This document shows, piece after piece, positions 9,349 through 19,520 of a DNA stretch of 64,000 nucleotides. Location: NCBI GenBank assembly GCA_016776605.1, contig JADHTB010000009.1, positions 31,453 through 95,452 of the forward strand, in the 5' to 3' direction. The DNA is from Alphaproteobacteria bacterium (lineage in GTDB: Bacteria > Pseudomonadota > Alphaproteobacteria > GCA-2731375). The notes below the pieces were generated by a model, which worked only from the letters and a program-made list of their open reading frames with translations, was not told the origin of the DNA and searched no databases. Position 1 is the stretch's first letter. Each line of letters begins with the position of its first letter. A program made the translations under genes and the position numbers.

Positions 9349-12300
9349 TGGTGCGCCTAAGCGATCTGCCGTCACTCTCCGTGCGGCGGCCCACCCTGGT
9401 CGTGGTGTTGAATCTGTTGATCATCGTGGCCGGACTGGGCGCCCTGTTGGGTGTGGAAGTCCGCGAACTACCGGACGTGGACCGGCCCTGGGTCAGTGTC
9501 CGCGCCTTTTTCCAGGGCGCCTCGCCGGAAACCATGGACGCCGAGGTCACGTCCGTTCTCGAAGGCGCGGTGGCCCGGGTTTCGGGCATCAGAACCATCA
9601 ACTCGGCCAGCGAAGAGGACAATGCCCGTATTTATGCCCAGTTCGCGCCCAACGTCGATCTGGACGTGGCCGCAAACGATGTGCGCGAGGCCGTCGCCGG
9701 GATCGAGCGGAGCCTGCCCGAAGGGGTGGAAGACATTGTCGTGGTCAAGGCGGACAGTGACGCCCGCCCCATAATCCGGCTGGCGCTCACCTCCGAGCGC
9801 CTCAGCCAGGAAGCTCTGACCCAAATTGCCGAGGAAGACGTGGCGCCCGAACTGGCCGCCATCACCGGCGTTGCCCTGGTTCATTTGTTCGGCGACCGGG
9901 CCAAGGTGCTGCGCGTGGTGGTCGATCCCATGCGCCTGGCCAGTTATCACCTATCGGTCGATGATGTCGCGCGGGTATTGCGCAGCACCGATATGGATGT
10001 GCCGGCGGGCAGTTTTAAATCCGACGATCAGATGCTGCTGGTCCGGGCCGACGCCTCGCTGTGGCGTCCGGAGGATGTGGAGCGCCTGGCAATCAACGAA
10101 AATGTCCGTCTGGGAGACGTCGCCCGCGCCATCTATGGCCCAGCGGAAGCCTTGAGCCACACCCTTTTGAACGGCCGCAAGGTAATCGGCATGGGCCTGA
10201 TCCGTAAGGCCAAATCCAACACCATTGCCATTTCCAACGGCGTGGACAAGGTCATTGCGCGCCTGAACAAGCGGTTGAAGGGCGCCGAAGTCATCAAAAT
10301 TTCCGACGATGCCCGTTTCATCCGCGGTTCCATCCGCGAGGTGGTCTATAGCCTTGGCATCGCCACATTGGTGGTGATCGCGGTGATCTTCGTCTTCATG
10401 GCTGCCATCCGCCCCACCTTGATCCCCGCCCTGGCCATACCCATTGCCCTGGCCGGCACCATCGCGGCGATCTGGCTGCTGGGCTTTTCCATCAATATTC
10501 TGACCCTGCTGGCCCTGGTGCTGGCGACCGGAATGATCGTCGATGACGCCATCGTGGTGGTGGAGAATGTTCAGCGCCAACGCTCCCTGGGTTTACCCCC
10601 TCTGGCGGCGGCGGTGGTCGGCACCCGGCAGGTGTTCTTCGCCGTGCTGGCGACCACGGCCACCCTTGTCTCGGTGTTTCTGCCCATCGCCTTTCTGCCC
10701 TCCATTGCGGGAAAGCTGTTTAGCGAATTCGGCTTTGTCCTGGCGATCGCCGTGGCCATATCCTCGTTCGTGGCGTTGACCCTGGTGCCCATGCTGGCCG
10801 CCCGGCTGCCGGCGGACTGGGGTGCGCCCAGGCCGGACGGCGTGGGCGGTCCCGGCCCCCTGGCCCGTCTGGGCGGCGTTGCAACCAGGTTTTACCACCG
10901 GCTGCTGGATTTTACCCTGGCCGCGCCGGCGCTGATCCTGGGCGGCGCCATCCTAATCGCGCTTTGCGCCGTGGCGGTGTTCCCCACCATTGACCGGGAA
11001 TTGCTGCCAAAAGAAGACCGGGGCGCCATAGTCATCTATATGCAGGGGCCCGACGGCGTGGGCCTGGACTATATGGACCGCCAATCGGCCCAGGCCGAAG
11101 CCCTGCTGGAGCCGCTGCGCCAACAGGGCGAGGTTAGCAATATTTTTGCCATCGTCGGGCGCTGGGACCTTAACCGGGTGTTTCTGCTGGCCCCCCTGAC
11201 GCCTTGGTCCGAGCGGGACCGTAGCCAGGCCGAAATCGCCGACGCCCTGCACGGCCCGTTAAAGGCCATTCCGGGCGCCACCGCACGGGTCAGCCAGCCC
11301 AACAGCCTGAACCTGCGGCGCTCCGGCGGGCGCATCGAGTTTACCCTGACAGGTGGCAACTATGGCGCCATCGCCGCTGCCGCGGATGACTTTCTGGTGG
11401 CCATGCATGAACGGCTGCCGAATTTGGAAGACCCGGAAATTGAGTATCAGCAGACCCAACCGCAGCTTTCCGTGAAAGTGAATCGGCAACGGGCCGAGGA
11501 TTTAGGCATTCAGGTGGAAGGTATCTCCGATACCCTGCGCGCCATGGTCGATGGCCTGGAGGTGGCGGAATTGAATGTAAATGACCGCTCCATCCCCGTG
11601 CGTATCGAATCCGCCGCCGGCGCCATCGACGACCCCAGCGATTTGAGCAACCTGTTCGTGCCATCGGCCACGGGTGATTTGGTGCCCCTGTCCGCCTTCA
11701 TCACCCTGGAGGAGGTGGGCGTGGCGGCGGAATTGGACCGGGCCGGGCAAAAACGCGCGATCGAGATCGACGCCCCCCTGGCGCCCGACTATACCCTGCC
11801 CCAGGCCATGGCCGACGTGCAGGCCCTGGCGGACGAGACCCTGCCGCCGGGTATCGGCCTGCATTTCATCCGCGAGGCCGCCACCCTGCAGGATACCTCC
11901 CAGGATGTGGTGATTACCTTTGCGGTGGCGATCCTTGTTGTCCTGCTGGTCCTGGCGGCGCAATTCGAAAGTGTTTTTTCCGCCCTGGTCATCGTGTTGA
12001 CCGTGCCGTTCGGTCTGGCGGCGGCGGTCTTCGCCCTGAAATTCACGGATTCGAGCCTGAATATCTACAGCCAGATCGGGCTGGTCATGCTGGTCGGCCT
12101 GATGGCCAAGAACGGTATCCTGGTGGTGGAGTTCGCCGATCAACTGCGCGACAAGGGCCTTTCCGTGCGCGAAGCGGTCCGCGAAGCCGCCCAGACCCGC
12201 CTGCGCCCCGTGATGATGACCATGCTGTCAACGGTTCTGGGCGCGCTGCCATTGATCCTGGGCAGCGGCCCCGGCGTCGAGGCCCGTGCCGCCATCGGCT

Positions 12301-12479
12301 GGGTGGTGTTCGGCGGCCTGGGCATGGCGACCGTCTTCACCCTGGTGTTGATCCCGGTCCTCTACAGCCTCCTCGCCCCCTTCCGCGCCCCCCGGGCTGA
12401 CGCCGGCCTGCGCCTGCACCGGGAACTAAGCGAAAGCGAAGAAGCCGCCGACATCACGTTAGGCAAAGCGGCGGAATAA
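9348..12479 (+). CDS. RND efflux permease (AcrB/HAE1-type, 12-TM)
   Basis: ATG 9348 overlaps the adaptor's stop. N-terminus 'MVRLSDLPSLSVRRPTLVVVLNLLIIVAGLGA' is the canonical RND start. ~1044 aa. The track's longer ORF starting at 9144 is an upstream extension. Confidence 0.85.
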   Translation: MVRLSDLPSLSVRRPTLVVVLNLLIIVAGLGALLGVEVRELPDVDRPWVSVRAFFQGASPETMDAEVTSVLEGAVARVSGIRTINSASEEDNARIYAQFAPNVDLDVAANDVREAVAGIERSLPEGVEDIVVVKADSDARPIIRLALTSERLSQEALTQIAEEDVAPELAAITGVALVHLFGDRAKVLRVVVDPMRLASYHLSVDDVARVLRSTDMDVPAGSFKSDDQMLLVRADASLWRPEDVERLAINENVRLGDVARAIYGPAEALSHTLLNGRKVIGMGLIRKAKSNTIAISNGVDKVIARLNKRLKGAEVIKISDDARFIRGSIREVVYSLGIATLVVIAVIFVFMAAIRPTLIPALAIPIALAGTIAAIWLLGFSINILTLLALVLATGMIVDDAIVVVENVQRQRSLGLPPLAAAVVGTRQVFFAVLATTATLVSVFLPIAFLPSIAGKLFSEFGFVLAIAVAISSFVALTLVPMLAARLPADWGAPRPDGVGGPGPLARLGGVATRFYHRLLDFTLAAPALILGGAILIALCAVAVFPTIDRELLPKEDRGAIVIYMQGPDGVGLDYMDRQSAQAEALLEPLRQQGEVSNIFAIVGRWDLNRVFLLAPLTPWSERDRSQAEIADALHGPLKAIPGATARVSQPNSLNLRRSGGRIEFTLTGGNYGAIAAAADDFLVAMHERLPNLEDPEIEYQQTQPQLSVKVNRQRAEDLGIQVEGISDTLRAMVDGLEVAELNVNDRSIPVRIESAAGAIDDPSDLSNLFVPSATGDLVPLSAFITLEEVGVAAELDRAGQKRAIEIDAPLAPDYTLPQAMADVQALADETLPPGIGLHFIREAATLQDTSQDVVITFAVAILVVLLVLAAQFESVFSALVIVLTVPFGLAAAVFALKFTDSSLNIYSQIGLVMLVGLMAKNGILVVEFADQLRDKGLSVREAVREAAQTRLRPVMMTMLSTVLGALPLILGSGPGVEARAAIGWVVFGGLGMATVFTLVLIPVLYSLLAPFRAPRADAGLRLHRELSESEEAADITLGKAAE

Positions 12480-12496
12480 TCTGCCGGGATTAACCG

Positions 12497-13642
12497 TTAG
12501 GGCCTAAAAATATACTCCGGGCCAAGTTCGGCCTGGGCGGGGCAGCCCATCTGGCCCATGACCAGATCAAATTCCTTGCGCAGAATTTCGAGCGCCTTGG
12601 CAGCCCCCGGGGTGGCGCCGGCGGTGACGCCATACAGGGTGGCCCGGCCGACAAAGACAAATTTGGCGCCCAGGCACAGGGCGGTGACGATGTCGGAGCC
12701 GCGTTGCACACCGCTGTCCAGCATCACGGTCATGCGGTCACCTACCGCCGCGACGATACTGGGCAGGACCTCTACGGCGCCGGGCGCCCGGTCCAGTTGC
12801 CGCGCGCCGTGATTGGAGACGACGATACCGTCGCAGCCTAGTTCGGCGGCACGCACCGCATCATCGGGGTGCATGATGCCCTTGATGACCAGGTTACGGG
12901 GCCACATGTCACGGTACCGCGCCACATTGTCCCAGGTCAGGGGCGCCGTGACTTGCGAGGAGACGAGGTCGGCGATATCGTTTGCACTGGCCCCCTTTCC
13001 GGCATAAGGCCGCCAGTTGGCAAGCACGGGCATGCCTTTCGCCAGGTACCCGGCCAGCCATCCGGGGTAACTCAACGCATCCAGCTTGGTGCTCCAACCC
13101 AATTTCAGGGGGCGCGTGAAGCCGTTGCGGAAATTACGCTCCCGGTTCGAGTGCACGGGCACGTCCACGGTCAACGCCAGGGTGGATAGCCCCGCGGCCT
13201 CGGCACGGTTGATCAGGTCGCCGGAAATGTTGTCGTCCCGGGCAGCGTAAAGCTGATACCAGCTATGCTCTGGCGCCACCTTGGCCAGATCCTCGACGGT
13301 GCAGGTGGCGGAGCCGGACATCACGAAGGGGACATTGGCGTCACGTGCGGCCTGGGCCAGCATCAGGTCCGCGCCGGGGCGGAACAGCCCGGCCAGCCCG
13401 GTGGGCGAGATGCCGAAGGGGCTGTCATAGGTGCGGCCGAACAATTCCGTCTTCTGATCGATGCCATCTATATTGCGCAAATAACGCGGTACCAGGGCGA
13501 TATCGCGAAAGGCCTGCTGGTTGCGGTCCAGGCCGATCTCGTCGTCGCAGCCGCCTTCAATAAAATCAAAGGCGATCTTGGGCAGGCGTTTTTTTGCCAG
13601 CCGGCGCAGGTCGTCGTAATTAATGGCATCATCGATACTCAT
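12497..13642 (-). CDS. FMN-dependent alpha-hydroxy-acid dehydrogenase (L-lactate/glycolate oxidase family)
   Basis: Start trimmed to ATG 13642 (GGGGA RBS). 'MSIDDAINYDDLRRLAKKRLPKIAFDFIEGG' and 'SNHGARQLD' motifs of the FMN alpha-hydroxy-acid dehydrogenase family. Confidence 0.8.
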   Translation of the reverse strand: MSIDDAINYDDLRRLAKKRLPKIAFDFIEGGCDDEIGLDRNQQAFRDIALVPRYLRNIDGIDQKTELFGRTYDSPFGISPTGLAGLFRPGADLMLAQAARDANVPFVMSGSATCTVEDLAKVAPEHSWYQLYAARDDNISGDLINRAEAAGLSTLALTVDVPVHSNRERNFRNGFTRPLKLGWSTKLDALSYPGWLAGYLAKGMPVLANWRPYAGKGASANDIADLVSSQVTAPLTWDNVARYRDMWPRNLVIKGIMHPDDAVRAAELGCDGIVVSNHGARQLDRAPGAVEVLPSIVAAVGDRMTVMLDSGVQRGSDIVTALCLGAKFVFVGRATLYGVTAGATPGAAKALEILRKEFDLVMGQMGCPAQAELGPEYIFRP

Positions 13643-13801
13643 GGTTTTCCCCTGAACGTTGGCCAAAATTTTTTGCATTGCATTTGTTGGCGGGTATTCT
13701 GGCCTGGAAGATGGTCCGCGCCAAGGGTCTGTTTACACCCAGCTTCACATAGCCGCCGCGATAGTGGACAATGACGCCCATAAAATAGGGGAGAAAACGA
13801 G

Positions 13802-14764
13802 ATGTCGCTGATATTGGGAGACGGTGATTACCGCTACCGGGTGGTGGAAGATTGGGCCAAGCTGCCCGATGGCTGGGAGTTCCGGGATGTTGCCGGCGTC
13901 GCCGTTGATAGCAAGGATCAGGTCTATATTTTCAACCGCGGCGAACATCCCATGATGGTGTTCGACCGAGAGGGCAACTTTCTGCGTGCCTGGGGCGAAG
14001 GGATCTTTAACCGCGCCCATGGCCTGCACGTCGGGCCCGACGATGCGCTTTATTGCACCGACGATGGCGATCACACCGTGCGCAAATGTACCACCGAGGG
14101 CAAGGTACTGCTGGAAATCGGCGTGCCGGGCAAACCCGCGCCTTACGTTAGTGGCGAGCCGTTTCACCGCTGCACACACACGGCCCTGTCGCCGGATAAT
14201 CATATTTTCGTTTCCGACGGCTATGGCAATGCCAGGGTGCACAAGTACACGCCGGACGGCAAACTGGTCATGTCGTGGGGCGAGCCGGGCAGCGACCCCG
14301 GCCAATTCAACATCGTCCACAATATCGTGGCGGACGATGACGGCTGGATCTATGTAGCGGATCGGGAGAATCACCGCGTCCAGGTATTCGACACAAACGG
14401 CAAATACGAGACCCAATGGAACAACCTGCACCGGCCCTGCGGCCTGTTCATGCCACGGGGCAAATGCCCCCATTGCTTCATTGGCGAACTGGGGCCCGGC
14501 ATGCCGGTCAACCGCCATATGCCCAATCTGGGCCCGCGCCTGAGTATCGTCAGCAACGAAGGCAAGTTGATCGCCCGTCTGGGTGGCAAGGAAGGCCTGG
14601 TCAACGAACCCGGCAAGTTCATGGCGCCGCACGGTCTGGCCGTGGATGGGCATGGCGATATTTATGTCGGCGAGGTCAGCTATACCAACTGGCCGGCCTC
14701 GTTCGGTGACAAACCCATGCCAAAGCTGCTGCACACATTGAAAAAACTGGAAAAGCTGCCTTAG
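13802..14764 (+). CDS. NHL-repeat (six-bladed beta-propeller) protein
   Basis: Repeated NHL-type motifs ('IYVADRENHRVQVFD', 'IFVSDGYGNARVHKY', 'IYVGEV'). RBS GGGGAGAAAACGAG before ATG. The antisense ORF 13745..14734 is judged a shadow. Confidence 0.6.
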   Translation: MSLILGDGDYRYRVVEDWAKLPDGWEFRDVAGVAVDSKDQVYIFNRGEHPMMVFDREGNFLRAWGEGIFNRAHGLHVGPDDALYCTDDGDHTVRKCTTEGKVLLEIGVPGKPAPYVSGEPFHRCTHTALSPDNHIFVSDGYGNARVHKYTPDGKLVMSWGEPGSDPGQFNIVHNIVADDDGWIYVADRENHRVQVFDTNGKYETQWNNLHRPCGLFMPRGKCPHCFIGELGPGMPVNRHMPNLGPRLSIVSNEGKLIARLGGKEGLVNEPGKFMAPHGLAVDGHGDIYVGEVSYTNWPASFGDKPMPKLLHTLKKLEKLP

Positions 14765-14790
14765 CGAAGTTCACCGGATGTGAACTTCGC
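14764..14790 (+). terminator. Hairpin directly after the NHL gene stop (GCGAAGTTCAC-cggat-GTGAACTTCGC), followed by TATTGCGTT
   Basis: Perfect 11-bp inverted repeat with a 5-nt loop overlapping the stop codon. Weak T-tract. Confidence 0.45.
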
Positions 14791-14923
14791 TATTGCGTTC
14801 AAGCGCCCAACATACCGCACCTGGGGCTGCGCGCCTCAATGGCGCTAGAGCGTTTCCGGGGTATTCTGGTCCTGGTCAATATTGGCTTGTGCAGCCAATA
14901 TTGACAGCGTCCGAATACGACTA

Positions 14924-15751
14924 TTACCCGGCGAACGGCTCGCGCGCATCGTACAGGCCGGCGGCCTGTTCCATGGTCATGAATTCCGCGCCCAGGTCCT
15001 GCAGCTTGCTGATGAATTTTTCCAGCATCAGCATGCGGTGACCGCGGCCAATGACGTAGGGGTGGCAGGTGTAGGTGATGACGCCCCAATCGCTACAGCG
15101 GGTCATATAGACGAAATCATCCACCCAGTTTTCCAGCACACTGTTGGCGTTGCGGTGGCCAGGCCGGGCGCCGGTCATTTCAAAATGGGGGTGGTCGTCC
15201 TGTGACCAGCTAATAGGCATTTCGATCAACCGGGTTTCCGCGCCAAAAATCATCGGCTTTTGCAATTCGATCACATCGCCCTGACGGGCCCGGTAGGGGG
15301 AATAGTCATGCCCCATCATCGAACTTTCATAATAGAAATCATGCCGCAACAGTAGTTCCAGGGTATGGGGACTTAAATCCCAGGCGGGAGAGCGATAGCC
15401 CCGCGCCCGTTTGCCGCACAAACGTTCAATGGTGTCGTTGGCGCGGATCATCTCGGATTCTTCCTGTTCCCGCTCCAACAGCGCCGGTTGCACATGGGTC
15501 CAGCCGTGATGGCCAATCTCGTGCCCCTGATCGGCAACCTGGGCGCAGGCGTCAGGATAGGTCTCGATCGTGAAACCGGGGATGAACCAGGTCGAGGCGA
15601 TATCGCGCGCCTGCAACAGAGACAAAATGCGGCCCGCGCCCACGATGCCAAACTCGCCACGGGAAATCGGCGTCGGCGTGGTCATGCCCCGGGCGATATG
15701 CCCCGACATGACGTCAAAATCGAACGTCAAACAAACAATATGCTGTGCCAT
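14924..15751 (-). CDS. Polysaccharide deacetylase (NodB-homology) family protein
   Basis: 'VCLTFDFDVMSGHI...', 'HGWTH' and Asp/His metal-site spacing typical of CE4 deacetylases. Confidence 0.75.
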   Translation of the reverse strand: MAQHIVCLTFDFDVMSGHIARGMTTPTPISRGEFGIVGAGRILSLLQARDIASTWFIPGFTIETYPDACAQVADQGHEIGHHGWTHVQPALLEREQEESEMIRANDTIERLCGKRARGYRSPAWDLSPHTLELLLRHDFYYESSMMGHDYSPYRARQGDVIELQKPMIFGAETRLIEMPISWSQDDHPHFEMTGARPGHRNANSVLENWVDDFVYMTRCSDWGVITYTCHPYVIGRGHRMLMLEKFISKLQDLGAEFMTMEQAAGLYDAREPFAG

Positions 15752-15816
15752 GAACCCATTTACCTAATTTTCACAATAGCTTGCAAGGATTGTGCGATCA
15801 GATTGGAATTAACGCA

Positions 15817-18366
15817 ATGTACATTTCGGAACTATTTTCACGACACGGCCTATCTAGACACGACCTGTTTATGATGCTTGCCGTCGTGCCAGGCCTGTTG
15901 TTTGCCGAACCTGGAATGTTATCGGCCAAACCTGGACCGTTATCGCCGGATGGCCCCTTAACAGCCGAGGAACGAAGCGCCTTTGAAGCCATGCTGCCGG
16001 CTGCGACCAAAGGCATAAAGCTGCCCGCCATACCGTCGCGCAAGGCCATGACCCCACATTTAAGCAATGTGGGCACAGCCCTGGGCATGCCGTTCACCGA
16101 CCGCATGAAGGAGGGCTACGACGCCTTTATGAAAGGCGATACGGACCGTGCCCTGGCCTTGCTGGATGAGGGCATCAAGGATGCCTGGGGCGATCAAATG
16201 AGATTTCGCCTGTCGCTGATCCGGGCGGACTTGCTTGCCAGAACCGACCGTATCGCCGATGCCGAGATATTCATTCTGGACACGGCCCGGCTGGAACAGG
16301 AATTTTGGGACGATACATTTTTGAGCCGTGCCGTCAGGGGCGACATACGGGCCCGCCTGGGGGACCGGTTGGCGGCGGAGGCGGATCTGGCCCGCGTGGC
16401 CTTGGCCCAAAAGGACTGGCAACTGGCCACCGAGTACGATGAGGTACCGAATATCCTCAGTATCCTGATGAATACCGAGGCAAAATACAGGGCCGCCTTG
16501 GGCCTGGCATCCCTGTACATCCGCGACGGCCAATATGCCAAGGGGCTGGCCTGGGCGGTGGAGTTGGAGCAGCATTTCGTCCGCCTGTTTACCCTGGCGG
16601 ACAACGGGGAATACGGCGACATGGTGCCGTTGCTCCCGGAATTTTACATAGCCCGCGGCGAAAATTTGGCCTATCTGGGCGCCGGCACCCTGGCACTGAT
16701 GGACGCACCGGAACGCGCGGCACCCTATTTCGCCGCCGCCGAGGGCTTTTTCAAGGCCATGGGCTATACCCAGGGTCGGGCCGTAACCGCGGCTCTACGG
16801 GCAAGGGCCCTGTATGACACCGGCCGCAATGACGCTTTCGAGGCCGCCGCCGTGCCGGCCATCGCACTGGCCGTCGAAGCGGGCCTGGGCGAGCTGGTCT
16901 GGCGGCTGGAGGCACTACGGGGAGAGCGGCTTTACCTTGCCGGCAAAATTGATCAGGCCGAAGGGGCCCTGCGCCGGGCCCAAACCGCCGCGACCTTGGT
17001 TAGCGGCGCGCTTTCCAGCGATCAATCAAAGCTGCGCTTCGGCGTTGGCAAGGAGAAGCTCACCCAACTACTAGCCGCCATCGATCTGGAGCAGGCTGAA
17101 CACGGCAATCTGTTTCAAGACATGGAACAGGGCCGGGCCCGTGCCTTTATCGATATGCTGGCCAATCAGGCCATCGCGTCTGGCAGCGAAGCCACCTTAA
17201 TGTCCGAAATCAGGCGGCTGGAACGAGACATCCGGCGCCAACGCCTGGCCAATGCCGTGCCACGCGCGGCCGGCCATGGCGGGGTGGCGCGGGAACGCGG
17301 GCTGTTGCGGCAGCGCGGGGCCGCGGTTGCCAAACTGCGCCAGTCCAATTCGGAGCTGGCCGATGCATTGTCCGTGGCGACCATTGGCTTGGCCGAGGTT
17401 CAGGCCCAATTGGGCCCGGGCGAAACACTGGCCTATGCAGTGCCCACGGCGCCCGGCCTCACGCTAAGCTGGCTGCTGGTCGAGAAACAGGCTACGCGGG
17501 TTGTCAAAATGCATGCCACGCAGGCGGATCTGGCCAAACGGTTAGGGGCGTTTGCCGATGCGGTCGCCCAGGGCGCCGTGGGCGCCCAACAAGAGATCGC
17601 GGTGCAGCTGGCCGATCTATTGGGGATCGCGCAATGGCGGGCCCGCAAAGGCGTCTATGTGGTGCCGGTCGGCAATCTTTATTTTGTCCCATGGGGGGCC
17701 TTGGGTACGGATTATTTTGTTACTGTCCTGCCCATGGGCGGCTGGCTGAACCGGCCACCGGCGCCCAGCACCATGAGTGGCCCGGCCACTGTGTTGGGCG
17801 ATCCAAATTATTTTGGCCAACTGGCCCAACTGCCGGGCGCGCGGGTGGAAGCAACGACGATTGCCGGGTTTTACAGCGTCATGCCGTTATTGGGCGATGG
17901 CGCCACCGAGGCGGCCCTGCGCAAGGCTATCGGAACTGGTATCGGGGTATTGCATCTGGCCACCCATGGCAGTTTCGATGCCGATAATCCCCTGAATTCA
18001 GAGATCATATTGTCGGGCCAGGACAAGGTGCGGCGGCTAACGGCGGCACGCCTGTTCGAAGCGCCGCTGCGGGCCGGTCTGGTTGTCTTGTCGGCCTGCG
18101 AGACCGGCGTGGGCCGCGCCGTGGCGGGTGACGATTTTTTAGGCCTGACACGCAGTTTTTATCTAGGCGGCGCCCGCACTGTGCTCAATAGTTTATGGCC
18201 GGTGGAAGACAAGGGCACCCAGGCCTTCATGACCCGGTTTCACGCCTTGGCTCGAAACGGCGACTATGGCGCGGCCTGGCTGGGCGCCCGCGACCAGGTG
18301 AAACAACAAGGTTATGCCCCCTCCGTCTATGGCGCTTTCACCCTGGGCGGGGCTGCCCGGCGCTAG
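15817..18366 (+). CDS. TPR-repeat protein with C-terminal CHAT (caspase-like) domain
   Basis: Long helical TPR-like N-terminal region. C-terminus 'VLHLATHGSFDADNP...GLVVLSACETGVG' gives the CHAT His/Cys dyad. Start uncertain (track ORF begins at 15781; first ATG is 15817). Confidence 0.7.
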   Translation: MYISELFSRHGLSRHDLFMMLAVVPGLLFAEPGMLSAKPGPLSPDGPLTAEERSAFEAMLPAATKGIKLPAIPSRKAMTPHLSNVGTALGMPFTDRMKEGYDAFMKGDTDRALALLDEGIKDAWGDQMRFRLSLIRADLLARTDRIADAEIFILDTARLEQEFWDDTFLSRAVRGDIRARLGDRLAAEADLARVALAQKDWQLATEYDEVPNILSILMNTEAKYRAALGLASLYIRDGQYAKGLAWAVELEQHFVRLFTLADNGEYGDMVPLLPEFYIARGENLAYLGAGTLALMDAPERAAPYFAAAEGFFKAMGYTQGRAVTAALRARALYDTGRNDAFEAAAVPAIALAVEAGLGELVWRLEALRGERLYLAGKIDQAEGALRRAQTAATLVSGALSSDQSKLRFGVGKEKLTQLLAAIDLEQAEHGNLFQDMEQGRARAFIDMLANQAIASGSEATLMSEIRRLERDIRRQRLANAVPRAAGHGGVARERGLLRQRGAAVAKLRQSNSELADALSVATIGLAEVQAQLGPGETLAYAVPTAPGLTLSWLLVEKQATRVVKMHATQADLAKRLGAFADAVAQGAVGAQQEIAVQLADLLGIAQWRARKGVYVVPVGNLYFVPWGALGTDYFVTVLPMGGWLNRPPAPSTMSGPATVLGDPNYFGQLAQLPGARVEATTIAGFYSVMPLLGDGATEAALRKAIGTGIGVLHLATHGSFDADNPLNSEIILSGQDKVRRLTAARLFEAPLRAGLVVLSACETGVGRAVAGDDFLGLTRSFYLGGARTVLNSLWPVEDKGTQAFMTRFHALARNGDYGAAWLGARDQVKQQGYAPSVYGAFTLGGAARR

Positions 18367-18584
18367 ACCCGTTTCGATATTCATCGAACCAGGTCTAGCT
18401 TTACGCGCTCACGCTTGTGCGCCAAAGCGCGCCGCTCCGCGGGGGCGGCGCAGGGGCGCCGGGCCGCCGTCACGGCCTGGATAGCGTATTTCAAAATCGA
18501 AAACGGTCTAACCTCTCATTCCTTGCCAATTCATCCCGGCACTGGGGTATAGTTGGGAAAACATGATCCAAGGATGAGGGAAAA

Positions 18585-19517
18585 ATGGAATTACGCAGCT
18601 TTGGCAAGACCGATTTAGAGGTTTCCGTGTTGGGATTCGGCGGCGCGCCCGTTGGCTTCCTGGAAACGGAACAGAACGAAGTCGCCGAGATTCTCAATAA
18701 TTTGCTGGATCAGGGTGTCAATCTGATCGATACGGCTGCCGGCTACGATGGTTCCGAGGAGATGATCGGCAAGACGATCAGCCATCGCCGGGACGAATTT
18801 ATTTTGGTGTCGAAATGCGGCCGGGCGATGGATGATCTTGCAGGCGAGGCATGGTCGGCGGCGGTGATCGAAAATACCGTTGAGCGCGCCCTGCGGCGAT
18901 TAAAGACCGATCATCTGGATGTGATGCTTTTGCATTCCTGTGATCTGGAAACCTTGCAAAAGGGCGAGGCCATTGCGGCGCTGGTCAAGGCGCGGGATGC
19001 CGGCAAGATCCGTTTTCTGGGCTATGCCGGGGACAACGAGGCGGCGGCCTATGCCACCGGGCTGGCTGACGTGGCGGTCATCGAAACCTCGATCAATATG
19101 TGTGATCAGGCCAACATCGACGATGTGCTGACCCTGTGCCAGCAGAATAACGTGGGTGTCATCTCCAAACGCTCCATCGCCAATGCCGCCTGGAAGGGCG
19201 CCGCGCAGCAAAGGGGTATGTACGTGAACTACGCCGAGACCTATGCACAGCGGCTGGCGCAAATGGCGATCACACCGGAAGACCTGGGCTTTCCCGGCGA
19301 GGCCGCGCAGGCCTGGCCCGAAATCGCCCTGCGCTTTACCCTGGCACAGCCGGGCTTGAGTACGGCGATTATCGGCACCACCAAAGCCAGCCATGTCACG
19401 ACCAATCTGGCCGCTGCCGCCAAAGGCCCGCTGCCGGCAAACAGCGTCAACGAACTGCGTGCGGCATTTCAACGGGCCGAGGCCGCCTCGGGTGAAAAAT
19501 GGCTGGGGCAGCAATAG
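18585..19517 (+). CDS. Aldo/keto reductase
   Basis: 'MELRSFGKTDLEVSVLGFGGAPVG...LIDTAAGY' AKR N-terminal signature. 310 aa. Confidence 0.8.
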   Translation: MELRSFGKTDLEVSVLGFGGAPVGFLETEQNEVAEILNNLLDQGVNLIDTAAGYDGSEEMIGKTISHRRDEFILVSKCGRAMDDLAGEAWSAAVIENTVERALRRLKTDHLDVMLLHSCDLETLQKGEAIAALVKARDAGKIRFLGYAGDNEAAAYATGLADVAVIETSINMCDQANIDDVLTLCQQNNVGVISKRSIANAAWKGAAQQRGMYVNYAETYAQRLAQMAITPEDLGFPGEAAQAWPEIALRFTLAQPGLSTAIIGTTKASHVTTNLAAAAKGPLPANSVNELRAAFQRAEAASGEKWLGQQ

Positions 19518-19520
19518 ACC

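Noticed and set aside
8311-9375. 354-aa minus-strand ORF overlapping the RND adaptor gene
   Set aside because: Shadow ORF. The plus-strand product has the complete membrane-fusion-protein architecture and is translationally coupled to the RND permease.
13745-14734. 329-aa ORF on the minus strand across the NHL-repeat gene
   Set aside because: Antisense shadow ORF typical of high-GC DNA. Its translation is low-complexity (Ala/Gly/Val/His-rich) with no motifs. The plus-strand frame has clear NHL repeats and an RBS.
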